Below, piece by piece: positions 35,592-45,008 of a stretch of 64,000 bases of DNA (position 1 is its first letter; every line of letters starts with the position of its first letter). The stretch lies in assembly GCA_041691135.1 (NCBI GenBank), contig JBEPVF010000008.1, positions 921 through 64,920 on the forward strand, written 5' to 3'. The position numbers were made by a program, and so were the translations under genes. Source of the stretch: Candidatus Peribacteria bacterium. Lineage in GTDB: Bacteria > Patescibacteriota > Gracilibacteria > Peribacterales > Peribacteraceae. The notes below the pieces were generated by a model. The model was not told the DNA's origin and ran no database searches. It was given only the letters and a program-made list of their open reading frames with translations.

Positions 35592-36566
35592 TCAGCCGCT
35601 CTGTCGGGCCAGCTGCATCAGCAGATTTTTTACCTGACCGATCACCACTTCCGGCAGAAAGAATCCGCGCTTCACGAAGTTGCTGTCGGTTTCCCAGAAC
35701 CAGCGCGTGTCGATGAATTTGAGTCCGTCGTTGCTCAAAAGAATATTGTCGGTCTTGGTGAGCCAGTCGTACATCTGCAGAATGGGGTAGCGCGGGCGCG
35801 TATCGGGCAGCAGCTTGCGGTCGCGATGCAGGAGCAGGAGGAGATACAGGAAGAGAATGCACTGATCGCGCGTGGGGCCGTCGATGGCAGTCAGGTCGAT
35901 GTCGTGCAGATGCGTGCCGTCGATGTACTGCTGGAATAAGAAAAATGTTTGCTGGCCTTCGTTCTGAGGCGAAAGCGGACGGCCGGTCAGCAGATATTCT
36001 TTGGGCAGAAAATTGTGATGCTGCAGCGGACTGCGGAAGAGGGTTTCGAGATGAGCCGGCAGATCAATGCCGTAATCTTCGCGAATATCCTGCATGCGCT
36101 GAACGAGATTGTTGCGGATATCCCGCTGGGCATCCACGATGCGCATGAGGTTCGGGTGATGATACGGCGTTGTGCCGTCTCGTTCTTCGAAGTAGCCAAG
36201 GTATTCGGCGAACTGCAAATACAACCGGTACTGACGCACGATTTCCTCCTGCGTCGGCAGGAATGTTTGCGAGAACTGACGCCATACCGTCTCGGTGAAC
36301 TTGGCCGGCAGCGCGACTTTCACATTCTTCAGCAGATTGAAGTCCATGTCCCAGCGGCCTTCCTTCATCACCCACTGCGCATCGCGTATGCGGAACACAC
36401 GCGCCTGTAAGCCATCGGAAAGCGCATCGAATTCGTGTTCGTCGAAGAGTTCTTCCATCGGCGCCGTCCGGACAACATCCGGATCATAGATCGCATGTTG
36501 TTGCAGCCAAGGCTCGAGAGAGAACGCCATCAGCGGCAGCGTAGAGGCATCGGGCAGCACAGCCAA
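35592..36566 (-). CDS. hypothetical protein (possibly kinase-like fold)
   Basis: 324 aa. DNILLSNDGLKFIDTRWF resembles a kinase catalytic-loop / DxD segment. Otherwise unrecognised. Confidence 0.45.
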   Translation of the reverse strand: MAVLPDASTLPLMAFSLEPWLQQHAIYDPDVVRTAPMEELFDEHEFDALSDGLQARVFRIRDAQWVMKEGRWDMDFNLLKNVKVALPAKFTETVWRQFSQTFLPTQEEIVRQYRLYLQFAEYLGYFEERDGTTPYHHPNLMRIVDAQRDIRNNLVQRMQDIREDYGIDLPAHLETLFRSPLQHHNFLPKEYLLTGRPLSPQNEGQQTFFLFQQYIDGTHLHDIDLTAIDGPTRDQCILFLYLLLLLHRDRKLLPDTRPRYPILQMYDWLTKTDNILLSNDGLKFIDTRWFWETDSNFVKRGFFLPEVVIGQVKNLLMQLARQSG

Positions 36567-36667
36567 GTTTCGCCGGGACCCAGTTGATGATTTGAGCGCA
36601 GACAGCTGCGATTCCCAGCTTCCATTGCTGATTGGCAGTAGTCAGCGTGCCATCTTCTGATTATCGT

Positions 36668-37207
36668 ATGAACGTGTTTCTTGATCTTCTCCTCGGCCTG
36701 ATCGTCCTTGTCGTGTTCCTCATTGCGCTCACGGCGGCGTATTTCGTCCGATTCGATGTGCCGGCCGTACCGAGTCCGCACGAGATCGTTCGTGCCATGG
36801 TGGAAGCGGCGCAGCTGAAAGAAGGGGATCGCGTACTGGATTTGGGTGCGGGTGACGGACGTTTGCTGATCGAAGCCAAGCGCCAAAACCCGGGGATCAC
36901 CGCCATTGGCTATGAAATTGTTCCGACGATTTGGCTCTTCGGAAAACTGCGTACCTGGTGGTCGCGACAAACAATAACGTTCCGCTGCGCTGATGCGCAG
37001 AAGGCCGATCTCACCGGTGTCTCGGTCATCTTCCTGTACGTGACACCCGAGATGATGCGCAGCCTGAAGCAGAAATTCGATCGCGAACTCAAGATGGGCG
37101 TACGCATCGTATCGCATGTGTTCGCTCTCCCGGATCGGACGCCGGTACGGCAGGTAAAAATTCCGTGGGGCAGAGGGGAGAAGGTGTTGAGGGTGTATGA
37201 ATGGTAA
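36668..37207 (+). CDS. class I SAM-dependent methyltransferase with N-terminal TM helix
   Basis: VLDLGAGDGRLLIEA motif I. ATG at 36668; the ORF track starts at a TTG at 36632. Confidence 0.7.
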   Translation: MNVFLDLLLGLIVLVVFLIALTAAYFVRFDVPAVPSPHEIVRAMVEAAQLKEGDRVLDLGAGDGRLLIEAKRQNPGITAIGYEIVPTIWLFGKLRTWWSRQTITFRCADAQKADLTGVSVIFLYVTPEMMRSLKQKFDRELKMGVRIVSHVFALPDRTPVRQVKIPWGRGEKVLRVYEW

Positions 37208-37210
37208 ATT

Positions 37211-37250
37211 GAGGAAACCGAGGGAACCGACGCAACCGAAGAAACCAAGG
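37211..37250 (+). repeat. 9-bp-periodic repeat array (half copy of the intergenic repeat family)
   Basis: gaggaaacc gagggaacc gacgcaacc gaagaaacc aagg. Intergenic, between convergent gene ends. Confidence 0.6.
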
Positions 37251-37261
37251 ATATTCGTCAG

Positions 37262-38740
37262 TTATATCGGTTTCTTTTTTACTAATCCGACTCCCGCGAT
37301 CATCACTCCGTACATCGCCACGACAATCCATCCCGGCATGCCTGCGACATTCACTGATGCGAAGGGGATATGAGCCGAAAATTCAGCAACGTGGATGACC
37401 CATTCCATGCAGCCGAAAGCCAGGTAGCTGACGAGCTGCCCGAGGGGAAACCAAATCCAGCTGAGGCAGGTACCGACGAAACCGAAGAGCATGGCGAAGG
37501 GGACCAGCGGGGCGACGAGAATGTTGGTGAGCGGTGCGATGACGGAGAAGCGGCCGAATAGAAAAGCGATCCATGGCCACGTACCGATTTGAGCGGCGAT
37601 GGTTGCTTGCAGGTTTTCGCGAATGCCAAATGCCTGGGGTAACCGGGCGCATGGCTTTTCCAGGAACGGCGATAGTTCACTCAAGCTGATGATGGCGAGG
37701 AAGGAAAGCTGAAAGCCGGCATCGTCCCAAAGCACATGCGGATTCCATGCGGTCATCAGACACGCCGTCCACAGAATCAGCAGCCGCGACTCGGTCAGGC
37801 GGTGTGCCTGTAATGCGAACAGACCCAAGATGCCCATGATGGCTGCGCGCACGACCGATGCACTCGCACCGACGAAGAGGGTGAACAGAATGATGCACGC
37901 AACCGACGGAAGGAATCGCCACCGCAGTGGCAGCCAGAACAGAAGGCTCGCCACACACATCATGATCATTGTGATGTTCGTCCCGGAAATGGCAATGATG
38001 TGTGTGAGTCCGGTGGCGTTGAAGTCTTGGGTCAGATGATCGGGAATGCCGCGGCGCGTACCGGTGAGCAGGCCGGCCAAAAATGATGCATGTGGCTCGG
38101 GCTGGATGCGATTGATCTGTGCTTCAAAAATTCCTTTGATGCCGAAGAGCGCAGCCATCAGTTTCGATCCATGGTTCCCGCTCAGACGTTTCATTGCCGG
38201 TCGGTTCATCACTGCATAGATGCTGTACCGCGCCAGATAGCGGTCGTACGCAAAATCGTCGATGACAGTCGGCCGTTCCAGAATCCCGCTGACCTGCACT
38301 TCATCGCCGTACCGGTATGCCGGCCAGCCGTTCGGATCCGTCACCAGGACTTTTCCCTGTACGGGGATGGTGCGGCCGCTTTGGGTGAATGAGGTGCTGC
38401 TCAGTGTGTATTTGATCATCATCGGGCGCTCGTCGGGTTCGTCGCTCACGATGCCGCGGACAGTCACATGTGCTCCAGTGGCATAGGTATCGATGCTGGT
38501 AGCGTTCGGGACATGTGTTGCGTGCGCTACGGCTAAGAATGCCATGCTTACCCCGAGCGCAGAGGCGAACATCAGCAGGCTCGAGCGGAAGCGAAGACCC
38601 ATCAGACTGCTCGCCGTTATCATACCGGCCAAACTGAGCCAGATGACAGATAGGTATGACGATTGCTCCCACCAGCGCAACAACAGAATGGTCGCCAAAA
38701 AGCTCAGCAGAAATGCGTACGACAGATGAGAGCGTTGCAT
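37262..38740 (-). CDS. comEC: ComEC/Rec2-family competence channel protein (no metallo-beta-lactamase domain)
   Basis: 492 aa, polytopic. GLTHIIAISGTNITMI signature. Confidence 0.8.
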   Translation of the reverse strand: MQRSHLSYAFLLSFLATILLLRWWEQSSYLSVIWLSLAGMITASSLMGLRFRSSLLMFASALGVSMAFLAVAHATHVPNATSIDTYATGAHVTVRGIVSDEPDERPMMIKYTLSSTSFTQSGRTIPVQGKVLVTDPNGWPAYRYGDEVQVSGILERPTVIDDFAYDRYLARYSIYAVMNRPAMKRLSGNHGSKLMAALFGIKGIFEAQINRIQPEPHASFLAGLLTGTRRGIPDHLTQDFNATGLTHIIAISGTNITMIMMCVASLLFWLPLRWRFLPSVACIILFTLFVGASASVVRAAIMGILGLFALQAHRLTESRLLILWTACLMTAWNPHVLWDDAGFQLSFLAIISLSELSPFLEKPCARLPQAFGIRENLQATIAAQIGTWPWIAFLFGRFSVIAPLTNILVAPLVPFAMLFGFVGTCLSWIWFPLGQLVSYLAFGCMEWVIHVAEFSAHIPFASVNVAGMPGWIVVAMYGVMIAGVGLVKKKPI

Positions 38741-38755
38741 GCGATCAGTATCGCT

Positions 38756-39568
38756 TTACGCTTGAGCCAGTGCGATCCACTCATCGATACTCAGAGTCTG
38801 CGGCCGTCGATCCGGGGCTATCCCAAGCCGTTCCATCCGTTCTGCGATCTCCGGGAACGTCCCGAGTGAATTGCGGAGCATCTTCCGCTTCTGCCCGAAG
38901 GCGATCTTGGTCAGCTTGAAAATTTCCTCAATCGTCTTGGAGTCGGTGCGCGGTTTATCGAAACAATCGATATGAAGCACGGCTGAATCGACGGCCGGGG
39001 GCGGCAAGAACGCATCAGGCGGAACTAGGCAGGCGATACGCGCCTCGCCGAACAGGCCGACCAGAATAGTGAGAATCCCGGCATCGTTTTTGTCCGCAAT
39101 TTTTTCGGCCACTTCGCGCTGGATCAGCAGTGTCATGCTTGTCGGCGTCTTGGGTGATTCCAGAAACGCGTGTCGCAGCAGCGGCGAGGTAATGTGATAC
39201 GGGATGTTGGCGACGATCTTGTAGGGTGTTGTCGGAAAATCGACATGTAATGCATTGCCATGGATGATTTCCAGCTCAGCCGGTTCGTTCCCGATCTGCG
39301 ATTGCTTCAGAAATTGTTCCAGCAACACGATCAATCGCGGATCCACTTCGATCGCCGTCACCTTCGTTGCAAGCTTCCGCAACTCGCGCGTGAGCACGCC
39401 GATGCCGGGACCGATTTCGACAATGTGATCCCTTTCTTCGATCTCCGCTGTATTCACGATCGTCTCCAGAATGTCCTCATCGATCAAAAAGTGCTGGCCG
39501 AGGTCGGTGTTCAACTTGAGGTGATGCGCTTGGAGAAAGCCGCTGAGTTCGTTGTACAGACTGGACAT
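38756..39568 (-). CDS. rsmA: 16S rRNA (adenine1518/1519-N6)-dimethyltransferase
   Basis: LGQHFLIDEDIL, IVEIGPGIGVLT, NIPYHITSPLL. Confidence 0.9.
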   Translation of the reverse strand: MSSLYNELSGFLQAHHLKLNTDLGQHFLIDEDILETIVNTAEIEERDHIVEIGPGIGVLTRELRKLATKVTAIEVDPRLIVLLEQFLKQSQIGNEPAELEIIHGNALHVDFPTTPYKIVANIPYHITSPLLRHAFLESPKTPTSMTLLIQREVAEKIADKNDAGILTILVGLFGEARIACLVPPDAFLPPPAVDSAVLHIDCFDKPRTDSKTIEEIFKLTKIAFGQKRKMLRNSLGTFPEIAERMERLGIAPDRRPQTLSIDEWIALAQA

Positions 39569-39630
39569 TGGGCCAAGGGTGACAGTGCTTCTGTACCAAG
39601 TAAAGGCTCCTAGTGACGATTTCTACTTTA

Positions 39631-39658
39631 TTGACATGCGTTCTTCTCTGAGTACAAT
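39631..39658 (+). promoter_or_regulatory. candidate sigma70-type promoter (TTGACA-N16-TACAAT)
   Basis: ttgaca (39631-36) and tacaat (39653-58). ~185 nt upstream of the first ATG (39844). Confidence 0.45.
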
Positions 39659-39843
39659 CGCCTCACATGTCTCGTCAGACCTTTACATTCGGTTGGTATT
39701 TTACCTTCTTTACAGAGGGGAAGTCGCCGATGTGTCTGAACTAGCATAACTCACGACCCATTCGCACCTTCCCCCTGAACAGGCGGGAGGGCATTTGCCT
39801 GTGAGACTTTTATTTCTTTCTTATTTTTCTTCCCCACATTTTT

Positions 39844-40089
39844 ATGGCCAATTCACGTCAGGTATCCGTCACTCTTTCTCCTGAAGCGCAGGCGATAACT
39901 GTCGATCGTTTAGACCGAGAAGCAGACCAGTCAACAATCGTTAGACGGTTGTCGGAACAGTCGGGTGTAAGTGTCGAAAAAGTTACACAAGCACTCGCCT
40001 TCGCAAACCAAGTTGCGAGCGATCCTCTTGTTCGAAACAAGCTCGGTCTTACCTCTACAGCTGAGTCTGATGAGGTTCAAAACTCTTAA
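39844..40089 (+). CDS. hypothetical small protein
   Basis: 81-aa ORF with no recognisable motif. Downstream of the candidate promoter and leader. Confidence 0.4.
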   Translation: MANSRQVSVTLSPEAQAITVDRLDREADQSTIVRRLSEQSGVSVEKVTQALAFANQVASDPLVRNKLGLTSTAESDEVQNS

Positions 40090-40227
40090 ATTTATTGAGA
40101 GTTGAGGATCAATCATTTGCCCTGATCTTTGACATCACCGGCCACTCGTTTCTGCACTCTTCGGAGGGCAGGCCACCTATGGCCGTGCCCCAGAGGAGGG
40201 GTGCGGAAGGCGGGTGGTTACACAATC

Positions 40228-40557
40228 ATGTTGGATGAGGGAACCATGAAAGACAACGATCTGCGGTCAGCGTTTGAGAAAGTGGCGGAACGGATCGCGA
40301 GGAAATTCTTGAGCAACGGCTTCAAGCTCTCTGATGAGGCGAGGATGTTTCACGATCTCCTCGCCGACCGTCACAGCGTCCAGGACTTCACCTTCCTGGG
40401 TCTGATGGTGGCCTATGACAGCCAAGAACACCTTCACGGGCGTGGTCGCATGCTCTATCGGGCCCAACGTCTGTGGCACGCACTCAGGAAGCCTCAAGGG
40501 AAGTCGTCCGTCAACTCGGGCGGGAGGTACACCTTTGTCCGTTTGGCCGGTGTGTAA
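40228..40557 (+). CDS. hypothetical protein (cassette 1)
   Basis: ATG at 40228 (alternative 40246) follows a conserved leader. The ORF-track start at 40129 is a TTG inside the ttgaca motif. Confidence 0.4.
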   Translation: MLDEGTMKDNDLRSAFEKVAERIARKFLSNGFKLSDEARMFHDLLADRHSVQDFTFLGLMVAYDSQEHLHGRGRMLYRAQRLWHALRKPQGKSSVNSGGRYTFVRLAGV

Positions 40558-40789
40558 TCACCATCCACCCCCGATCATCGCTTGTTCCCTTTACGGGGAG
40601 CTCATGATGATCGGGGAGTTGTCGTGCAGTAATTTTGTTGACCGCCGAAAAATGGGGGAGTAGCTTTTTGGGTAATGATCCTCAAGTTGCTCCGCGCACT
40701 TGGCCTTCTGCCGTCCTTCTGTTGCGTCGTTGCACATTCTGCACGACGTCGGTTCGGCCGGTAGTTCTCCGCTCCTCCCTAGATTCCAG

Positions 40790-40822
40790 CCCCTCCTACG
40801 TCAGCAGAGGGGTTTTATTTTT
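40790..40822 (+). terminator. rho-independent terminator
   Basis: cccctc-(11 nt)-gagggg followed by ttttatttttt. Confidence 0.55.
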
Positions 40823-40904
40823 TGATCTTTGACATTGTCACTCGTCTCTCGCGCCTTATGGCTAGGGCGCGAAAGTGCGAGTGGTACACAACAGGAACTT
40901 CTCC

Positions 40905-41219
40905 ATGTGTGAAAGCAGCGACGATGAGGTTCAGACTCTGGTTGCCGATCTGTCGGCGATTGTTGCCTGTACTCTCGAGGGCGATGTACAAGGAGCACCG
41001 CATCGCATCTTGTTCGATACGGGCGTGATTTTCCGCCTGCGTGGACGAGAGCACCCCGAGTTGCCTGACAGGGAGCTGCCTTACAAAACGGGCTACGGCT
41101 CTTTTGGCAATCTCAATGGGGCAAAGCGGATCCTCGCGAGAATCATTTCCAGCGACGAAAATCCTCTGCCAGCTCTCGTCGATGCAGTGGAGCAGATGCT
41201 CATTGCTCTCGCTGGATGA
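40905..41219 (+). CDS. hypothetical protein (cassette 2)
   Basis: 104 aa from the ATG at 40905, with aggaa 8 nt upstream. I prefer the + strand over the antisense ORF 40815-41246 because of the flanking leader and terminator orientation. Confidence 0.4.
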   Translation: MCESSDDEVQTLVADLSAIVACTLEGDVQGAPHRILFDTGVIFRLRGREHPELPDRELPYKTGYGSFGNLNGAKRILARIISSDENPLPALVDAVEQMLIALAG

Positions 41220-41247
41220 CGGCTCAACTGTTACACCACTCTGCATG

Positions 41248-41286
41248 CCGGTCCTCCTCTCTTCGTAGAGGAAGGGCCGGCCTTTT
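41248..41286 (+). terminator. rho-independent terminator
   Basis: ccggtcctcctct-cttcgt-agaggaagggccgg followed by cctttt. Confidence 0.5.
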
Positions 41287-41294
41287 AAATCGCG

Positions 41295-41467
41295 TTGACA
41301 GCAAAAAATCCTTTAAGGTATGTTTCCTGCGGTGCAAACCACTCTCTCCCTCCACGGCAACTTCCAGTCGACGGCCAAGCGCGTCGTCATTTGCTATGTC
41401 GGGAAGTGCGTGAGTTGAACCTTGTATCAATCTGATTACTCAGCCCTTCCCACAAAGAAGGGTTTTT
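41295..41467 (+). ncRNA. candidate small RNA unit (promoter to terminator, no credible ORF)
   Basis: ttgaca (41295-300), 18-nt spacer, tatgtt. ~120 nt later a terminator cccttc-ccacaaa-gaaggg-ttttt (41444-41467). Only a 5-codon ORF inside. Confidence 0.3.
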
Positions 41468-41591
41468 ATTTAGTTCTTTCACATCACTGCCGCTCATGTC
41501 TTGCATCTGTACTCAGAGTCCCTATGGGGCGCGATGAGTCGGGGGCAGGACGGTGGGTGGTTCCATTTCCAAACAATGTGAGGAGACGACG

Positions 41592-42017
41592 ATGAGCGCG
41601 TACGAGACAAATCGTGTCCAACTGAACGAGCAGCGACGACAGCGGACGATCGAGAAGCGTCTCCAGTGGCTGCGGACTTTCTGGCAGGACAACCGCACAT
41701 TCCGAGAGAACATCGAGGAATATCTGCGGCGTCAGCCCCAGGTGACAAAGATTGTCGCTCGTTGCAGTCAGTGTATTGCATTGAAAGGCTCGGAATCCGT
41801 TACCGTCATCAGGACGTTTCGGATTCATCTGCCGATCAACGATCAGCAAAGCTTGATTCAGTACCTCTGCAGTCTCGAGACGGTCGAGGTGCTGGCCGAA
41901 ATGCTGGGTGATATCCATCTCGAGCTCAACACTCGACTGCATGATCTCCGCGGAGGTTCGCACAAGCGCCCACGACCGTACCAATTCCGATTTCGCTCGA
42001 TGCGGTACGGAAACTGA
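41592..42017 (+). CDS. hypothetical protein (cassette 3)
   Basis: 141 aa from the ATG at 41592, preceded by gaggag. Basic N-terminus. The antisense ORF 41484-42095 is judged spurious. Confidence 0.4.
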   Translation: MSAYETNRVQLNEQRRQRTIEKRLQWLRTFWQDNRTFRENIEEYLRRQPQVTKIVARCSQCIALKGSESVTVIRTFRIHLPINDQQSLIQYLCSLETVEVLAEMLGDIHLELNTRLHDLRGGSHKRPRPYQFRFRSMRYGN

Positions 42018-42102
42018 GTGATGAAAAGCAATGTTACTGAAAAGGCCGCGGATCAACGCGGCCTCTCGGTGCCAAGGAATGGAATCCCCGCACACATGTG
42101 TA

Positions 42103-42138
42103 CGCCGGCTTTCTCTTACAGGGAGGCCGGCGTTTTTT
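42103..42138 (+). terminator. rho-independent terminator
   Basis: cgccggc-(16 nt)-gccggcg followed by tttttt. Confidence 0.55.
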
Positions 42139-42333
42139 ATTGTACCCCATCCCTAACCCTTCCCCCGCCTCCTCCATTCCGCTTATCAGCGAATCAGATA
42201 CTTTTCAGGTGACATATCCTCAGTAACTTTCACGGGGAAGGGGGATGTGTGTTGCTTTGTTCTCTCGTCCTTCCCCGCGTTGGCGTATGGGAGGGCCGGG
42301 GAAGGTGCCTTGCAGGGCGGATGGGGTGCACGC

Positions 42334-44667
42334 TCAAATCATCGTCAGCGGCGCGATCGACAAGGCGAAGGTTTTACTCTGCCCGTTATCGAATTTGATC
42401 GTCACAATGTCGCCGCGCTTGCTGGTCACGTGGCCTTTACCGAAGGTGGGATGCGAGACACGTGTGCCTTCGGCGAAGGCGTCCTGATTCGTATCGTCGT
42501 CGGTCTCGAAATCCTGATTGAACTCCACGTCGATTTTGGGTGCGCCGGCCTGCCGGAACGGTTCCAATTTGCCGGCGCCGAAGTGCACTTGTCCGGCCTT
42601 CATGCGGCCGCTCTCGGATGCCCAGGCGAACGCGCTGAGCAGTTCATCACTGCGGCGCTCCGTCACCCCATCGGGCAAATCGTCCAGGAACCGGCTGGGA
42701 GCGTTGGCCTGTGTGTTGCCCCACAACATGCGATTGCGGGCGAACATCAGGACGAGTTTGGTTTTGGCGCGCGTCATGCCGACGTACATCAGCCGCCGTT
42801 CTTCTTCCAACTGCGCTTTGTCGAAGGCACTGTTGCTGTGCGGAAAGATCCCTTCTTCGCAGCCACCTATCATCACGTGTTCGAACTCCAGGCCTTTGCA
42901 CAGGTGCAGAGTCATCAGCGTAATGGCGTCGTCGCGGACATCGTTGAGCTTATCGACCTCGGAGACGAGCGCAGCTTCTTCCAAAAAACTGGTGAGGGAT
43001 GTTTGCGGATCAAGCGCGTCGTACTTGTGCATCACGCTGAGGAGTTCCTGGACGTTCTGCCAGCGCTCCTCGCCTTCCTCACTCTCGTCGCGCAGCCATT
43101 TTTCCATGTCGATCGAGTGCAGCAGATTCTCGGTCAGTTCCGAGACGACGACGCCTTTGGCGCGTTCCTGTGCCCGTTCAATCAACCCGACGAATTGTTG
43201 CAGGCGCACTTTTGTCGGTTCGTTGATCGTCGGCACGTTCTCGATATCCTTGAGTGTATCCCACAGTGTCAGTTTCTGGTCACTGGCATAGGCTTGCAGA
43301 TTTCCAATCGTCGTCTGGCCGATCTTGCGGGTGGGCACGTTGATGATGCGCAGCAGCGATATCGTGTCGTACGGATTGAGAATTGCGTACAGGTAGGCGA
43401 TCACGTCCTTCACTTCGCGGCGGGCGTAGAATTTGACGCCGCCGACGATGCGGTAGGGGACGCCGTTGCGCATGCAGGCTTCTTCGAACAAACGTGATTG
43501 GGCGTTAGTGCGGTACAGAATCACCTGGTCGTTAAACTGCACGCCATCGGTCCGCATCTGCGAGGCACGTTTGATGGCTTCTTCGGCTTCCTTCTTCTCG
43601 TCCGATACTTCCTGCACCGTCACCATCGGGCCTTCTTTACGGCTGGTCCACATCTGCTTTTCGGGACGATTTGGATTGGCGGCGATCACCGCATTAGAGG
43701 CGGTCAGGATCGGCTGGGCCGAGCGGTAATTCTGTTCGAGCTTGATGTGCAGTGCGTCGGGGTATTCGTTCTCGAACTCCATGATGTTGCGGATATCGGC
43801 GCCGCGGAAAGCGTAGATCGACTGGTCTGGGTCGCCGATCACGCACAGATTGCGGTACTTCTGCGCCAGCATCGAGATCATCAGATACTGGGCGTGGTTG
43901 GTATCCTGATACTCATCCACATGCAGGTAGCGCCACGACTCCTGGTACCGGTCGAGCACGTCGGGCACTTCGCGGAACAGGCGCACTGTTTCCAGAATCA
44001 GGTCGTCAAAGTCCATCGCATTCGCTGCAGCCAGTGCTTTTTGATACTTGCCGTACGCCACGATGATCTGTTGCATGCGGGCAGTAGTTGCCTGGCTTAA
44101 TGCTTCTTGCGGATTTAGCGCTTCGGATTTCAGGCGGCTGACGTTACCCAGGGCGGCACGCGGTTTGATCTCTTTCTCGTCGATGTGCATCTCCTTCAGG
44201 ATCTCCTTCATCACTTTCTCCTGATCGTCGCTGTCGTAGATAACGAAGTTGCGGTTACGGCCCATCCGTTCGATATCGCGGCGCAGCATGCGGACGCACA
44301 CCGAGTGGAACGTGCCCATCACCGGCAATTTCCCCGGATCATTGCTCTTGGTCTCCGTTCCCTCAGTCAAATGCAGTAATCCTTTGATACGTGCCTTCAT
44401 TTCGGTTGCCGCTTTGTTGGTGAATGTCACCGCCAAAATCTGCCACGGCGGAATACCTTGCTGCATCATATACGCGATGCGATGCGTGAGTGCTTTGGTC
44501 TTGCCGGAGCCGGCCCCTGCCAAGATCAACGCCGGTCCCCGAATATTCTCCACCGCTTGGCGCTGTGGTTCGTTTAAGTTATTGAAAATCAGATCAGAAT
44601 TCACCCGCAAAGTGTAGCTGATCCGTTCCAAAATGTGAGAGATTTTCAGTCTTTTATGCTGCCTCAA
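42334..44667 (-). CDS. pcrA: ATP-dependent DNA helicase PcrA/UvrD (SF1)
   Basis: 777 aa. LNEPQRQAVENIRGPALILAGAGSGKTKALTHRIAYM, VDEYQDTN, C-terminal Tudor-like tail. Confidence 0.9.
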   Translation of the reverse strand: MRQHKRLKISHILERISYTLRVNSDLIFNNLNEPQRQAVENIRGPALILAGAGSGKTKALTHRIAYMMQQGIPPWQILAVTFTNKAATEMKARIKGLLHLTEGTETKSNDPGKLPVMGTFHSVCVRMLRRDIERMGRNRNFVIYDSDDQEKVMKEILKEMHIDEKEIKPRAALGNVSRLKSEALNPQEALSQATTARMQQIIVAYGKYQKALAAANAMDFDDLILETVRLFREVPDVLDRYQESWRYLHVDEYQDTNHAQYLMISMLAQKYRNLCVIGDPDQSIYAFRGADIRNIMEFENEYPDALHIKLEQNYRSAQPILTASNAVIAANPNRPEKQMWTSRKEGPMVTVQEVSDEKKEAEEAIKRASQMRTDGVQFNDQVILYRTNAQSRLFEEACMRNGVPYRIVGGVKFYARREVKDVIAYLYAILNPYDTISLLRIINVPTRKIGQTTIGNLQAYASDQKLTLWDTLKDIENVPTINEPTKVRLQQFVGLIERAQERAKGVVVSELTENLLHSIDMEKWLRDESEEGEERWQNVQELLSVMHKYDALDPQTSLTSFLEEAALVSEVDKLNDVRDDAITLMTLHLCKGLEFEHVMIGGCEEGIFPHSNSAFDKAQLEEERRLMYVGMTRAKTKLVLMFARNRMLWGNTQANAPSRFLDDLPDGVTERRSDELLSAFAWASESGRMKAGQVHFGAGKLEPFRQAGAPKIDVEFNQDFETDDDTNQDAFAEGTRVSHPTFGKGHVTSKRGDIVTIKFDNGQSKTFALSIAPLTMI

Positions 44668-44926
44668 TCACCCCGGGAATATTTCGAAGAGCTTGTATAA
44701 TTTCCAGTCGATTGTCTCCTGCCGCGCAACTGATACGAATACGACGGATAGGCTGGTCAGTTTCCTCTAATGCCTGATAACTGTAGCCACGAACTAGTGT
44801 CATGCCGGAAACTACGCCAAGTATTTCTTGTAATGCATCGGAAGAGTTGCGGATACAAATACTAAGCGGCTTTTCTGCATAGCTACTGTCCATATCTGTT
44901 TCCGAGTGTTCAGGGGCAATATTCAT
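44654..44926 (-). CDS. hypothetical small protein (ACT-like?)
   Basis: 90 aa. Overlaps the pcrA start by 14 nt. No firm motif. Confidence 0.4.
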   Translation of the reverse strand: MNIAPEHSETDMDSSYAEKPLSICIRNSSDALQEILGVVSGMTLVRGYSYQALEETDQPIRRIRISCAAGDNRLEIIQALRNIPGVIEAA

Positions 44927-45008
44927 GGATTTGCAGAAAGAGCTGACAGCATAAACAAGAAGAAATGTGGGTCAACTAATTTTGACATCTTTGTCACACA
45001 AAGGCTTT

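Noticed and set aside
40129-40834. TTGACA in the conserved cassette leaders taken as a sigma70 -35 box.
   Set aside because: No acceptable -10 hexamer lies 16-18 bp downstream in any of the three copies, so I do not annotate them as promoters. The conservation itself is reported as a finding.
39600-42300. The cassette region considered as an integron gene-cassette array.
   Set aside because: There is no intI integrase. I could identify no attC-like imperfect inverted repeats with GTTRRRY core sites. The junctions look like ordinary terminators plus a shared leader.
42247-44100. Long + strand ORFs (416, 257 and 200 aa) inside the pcrA region.
   Set aside because: They are antisense shadows of a high-GC helicase gene with unmistakable SF1 motifs. 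Their translations are Arg/Ala/His-rich with no motifs.
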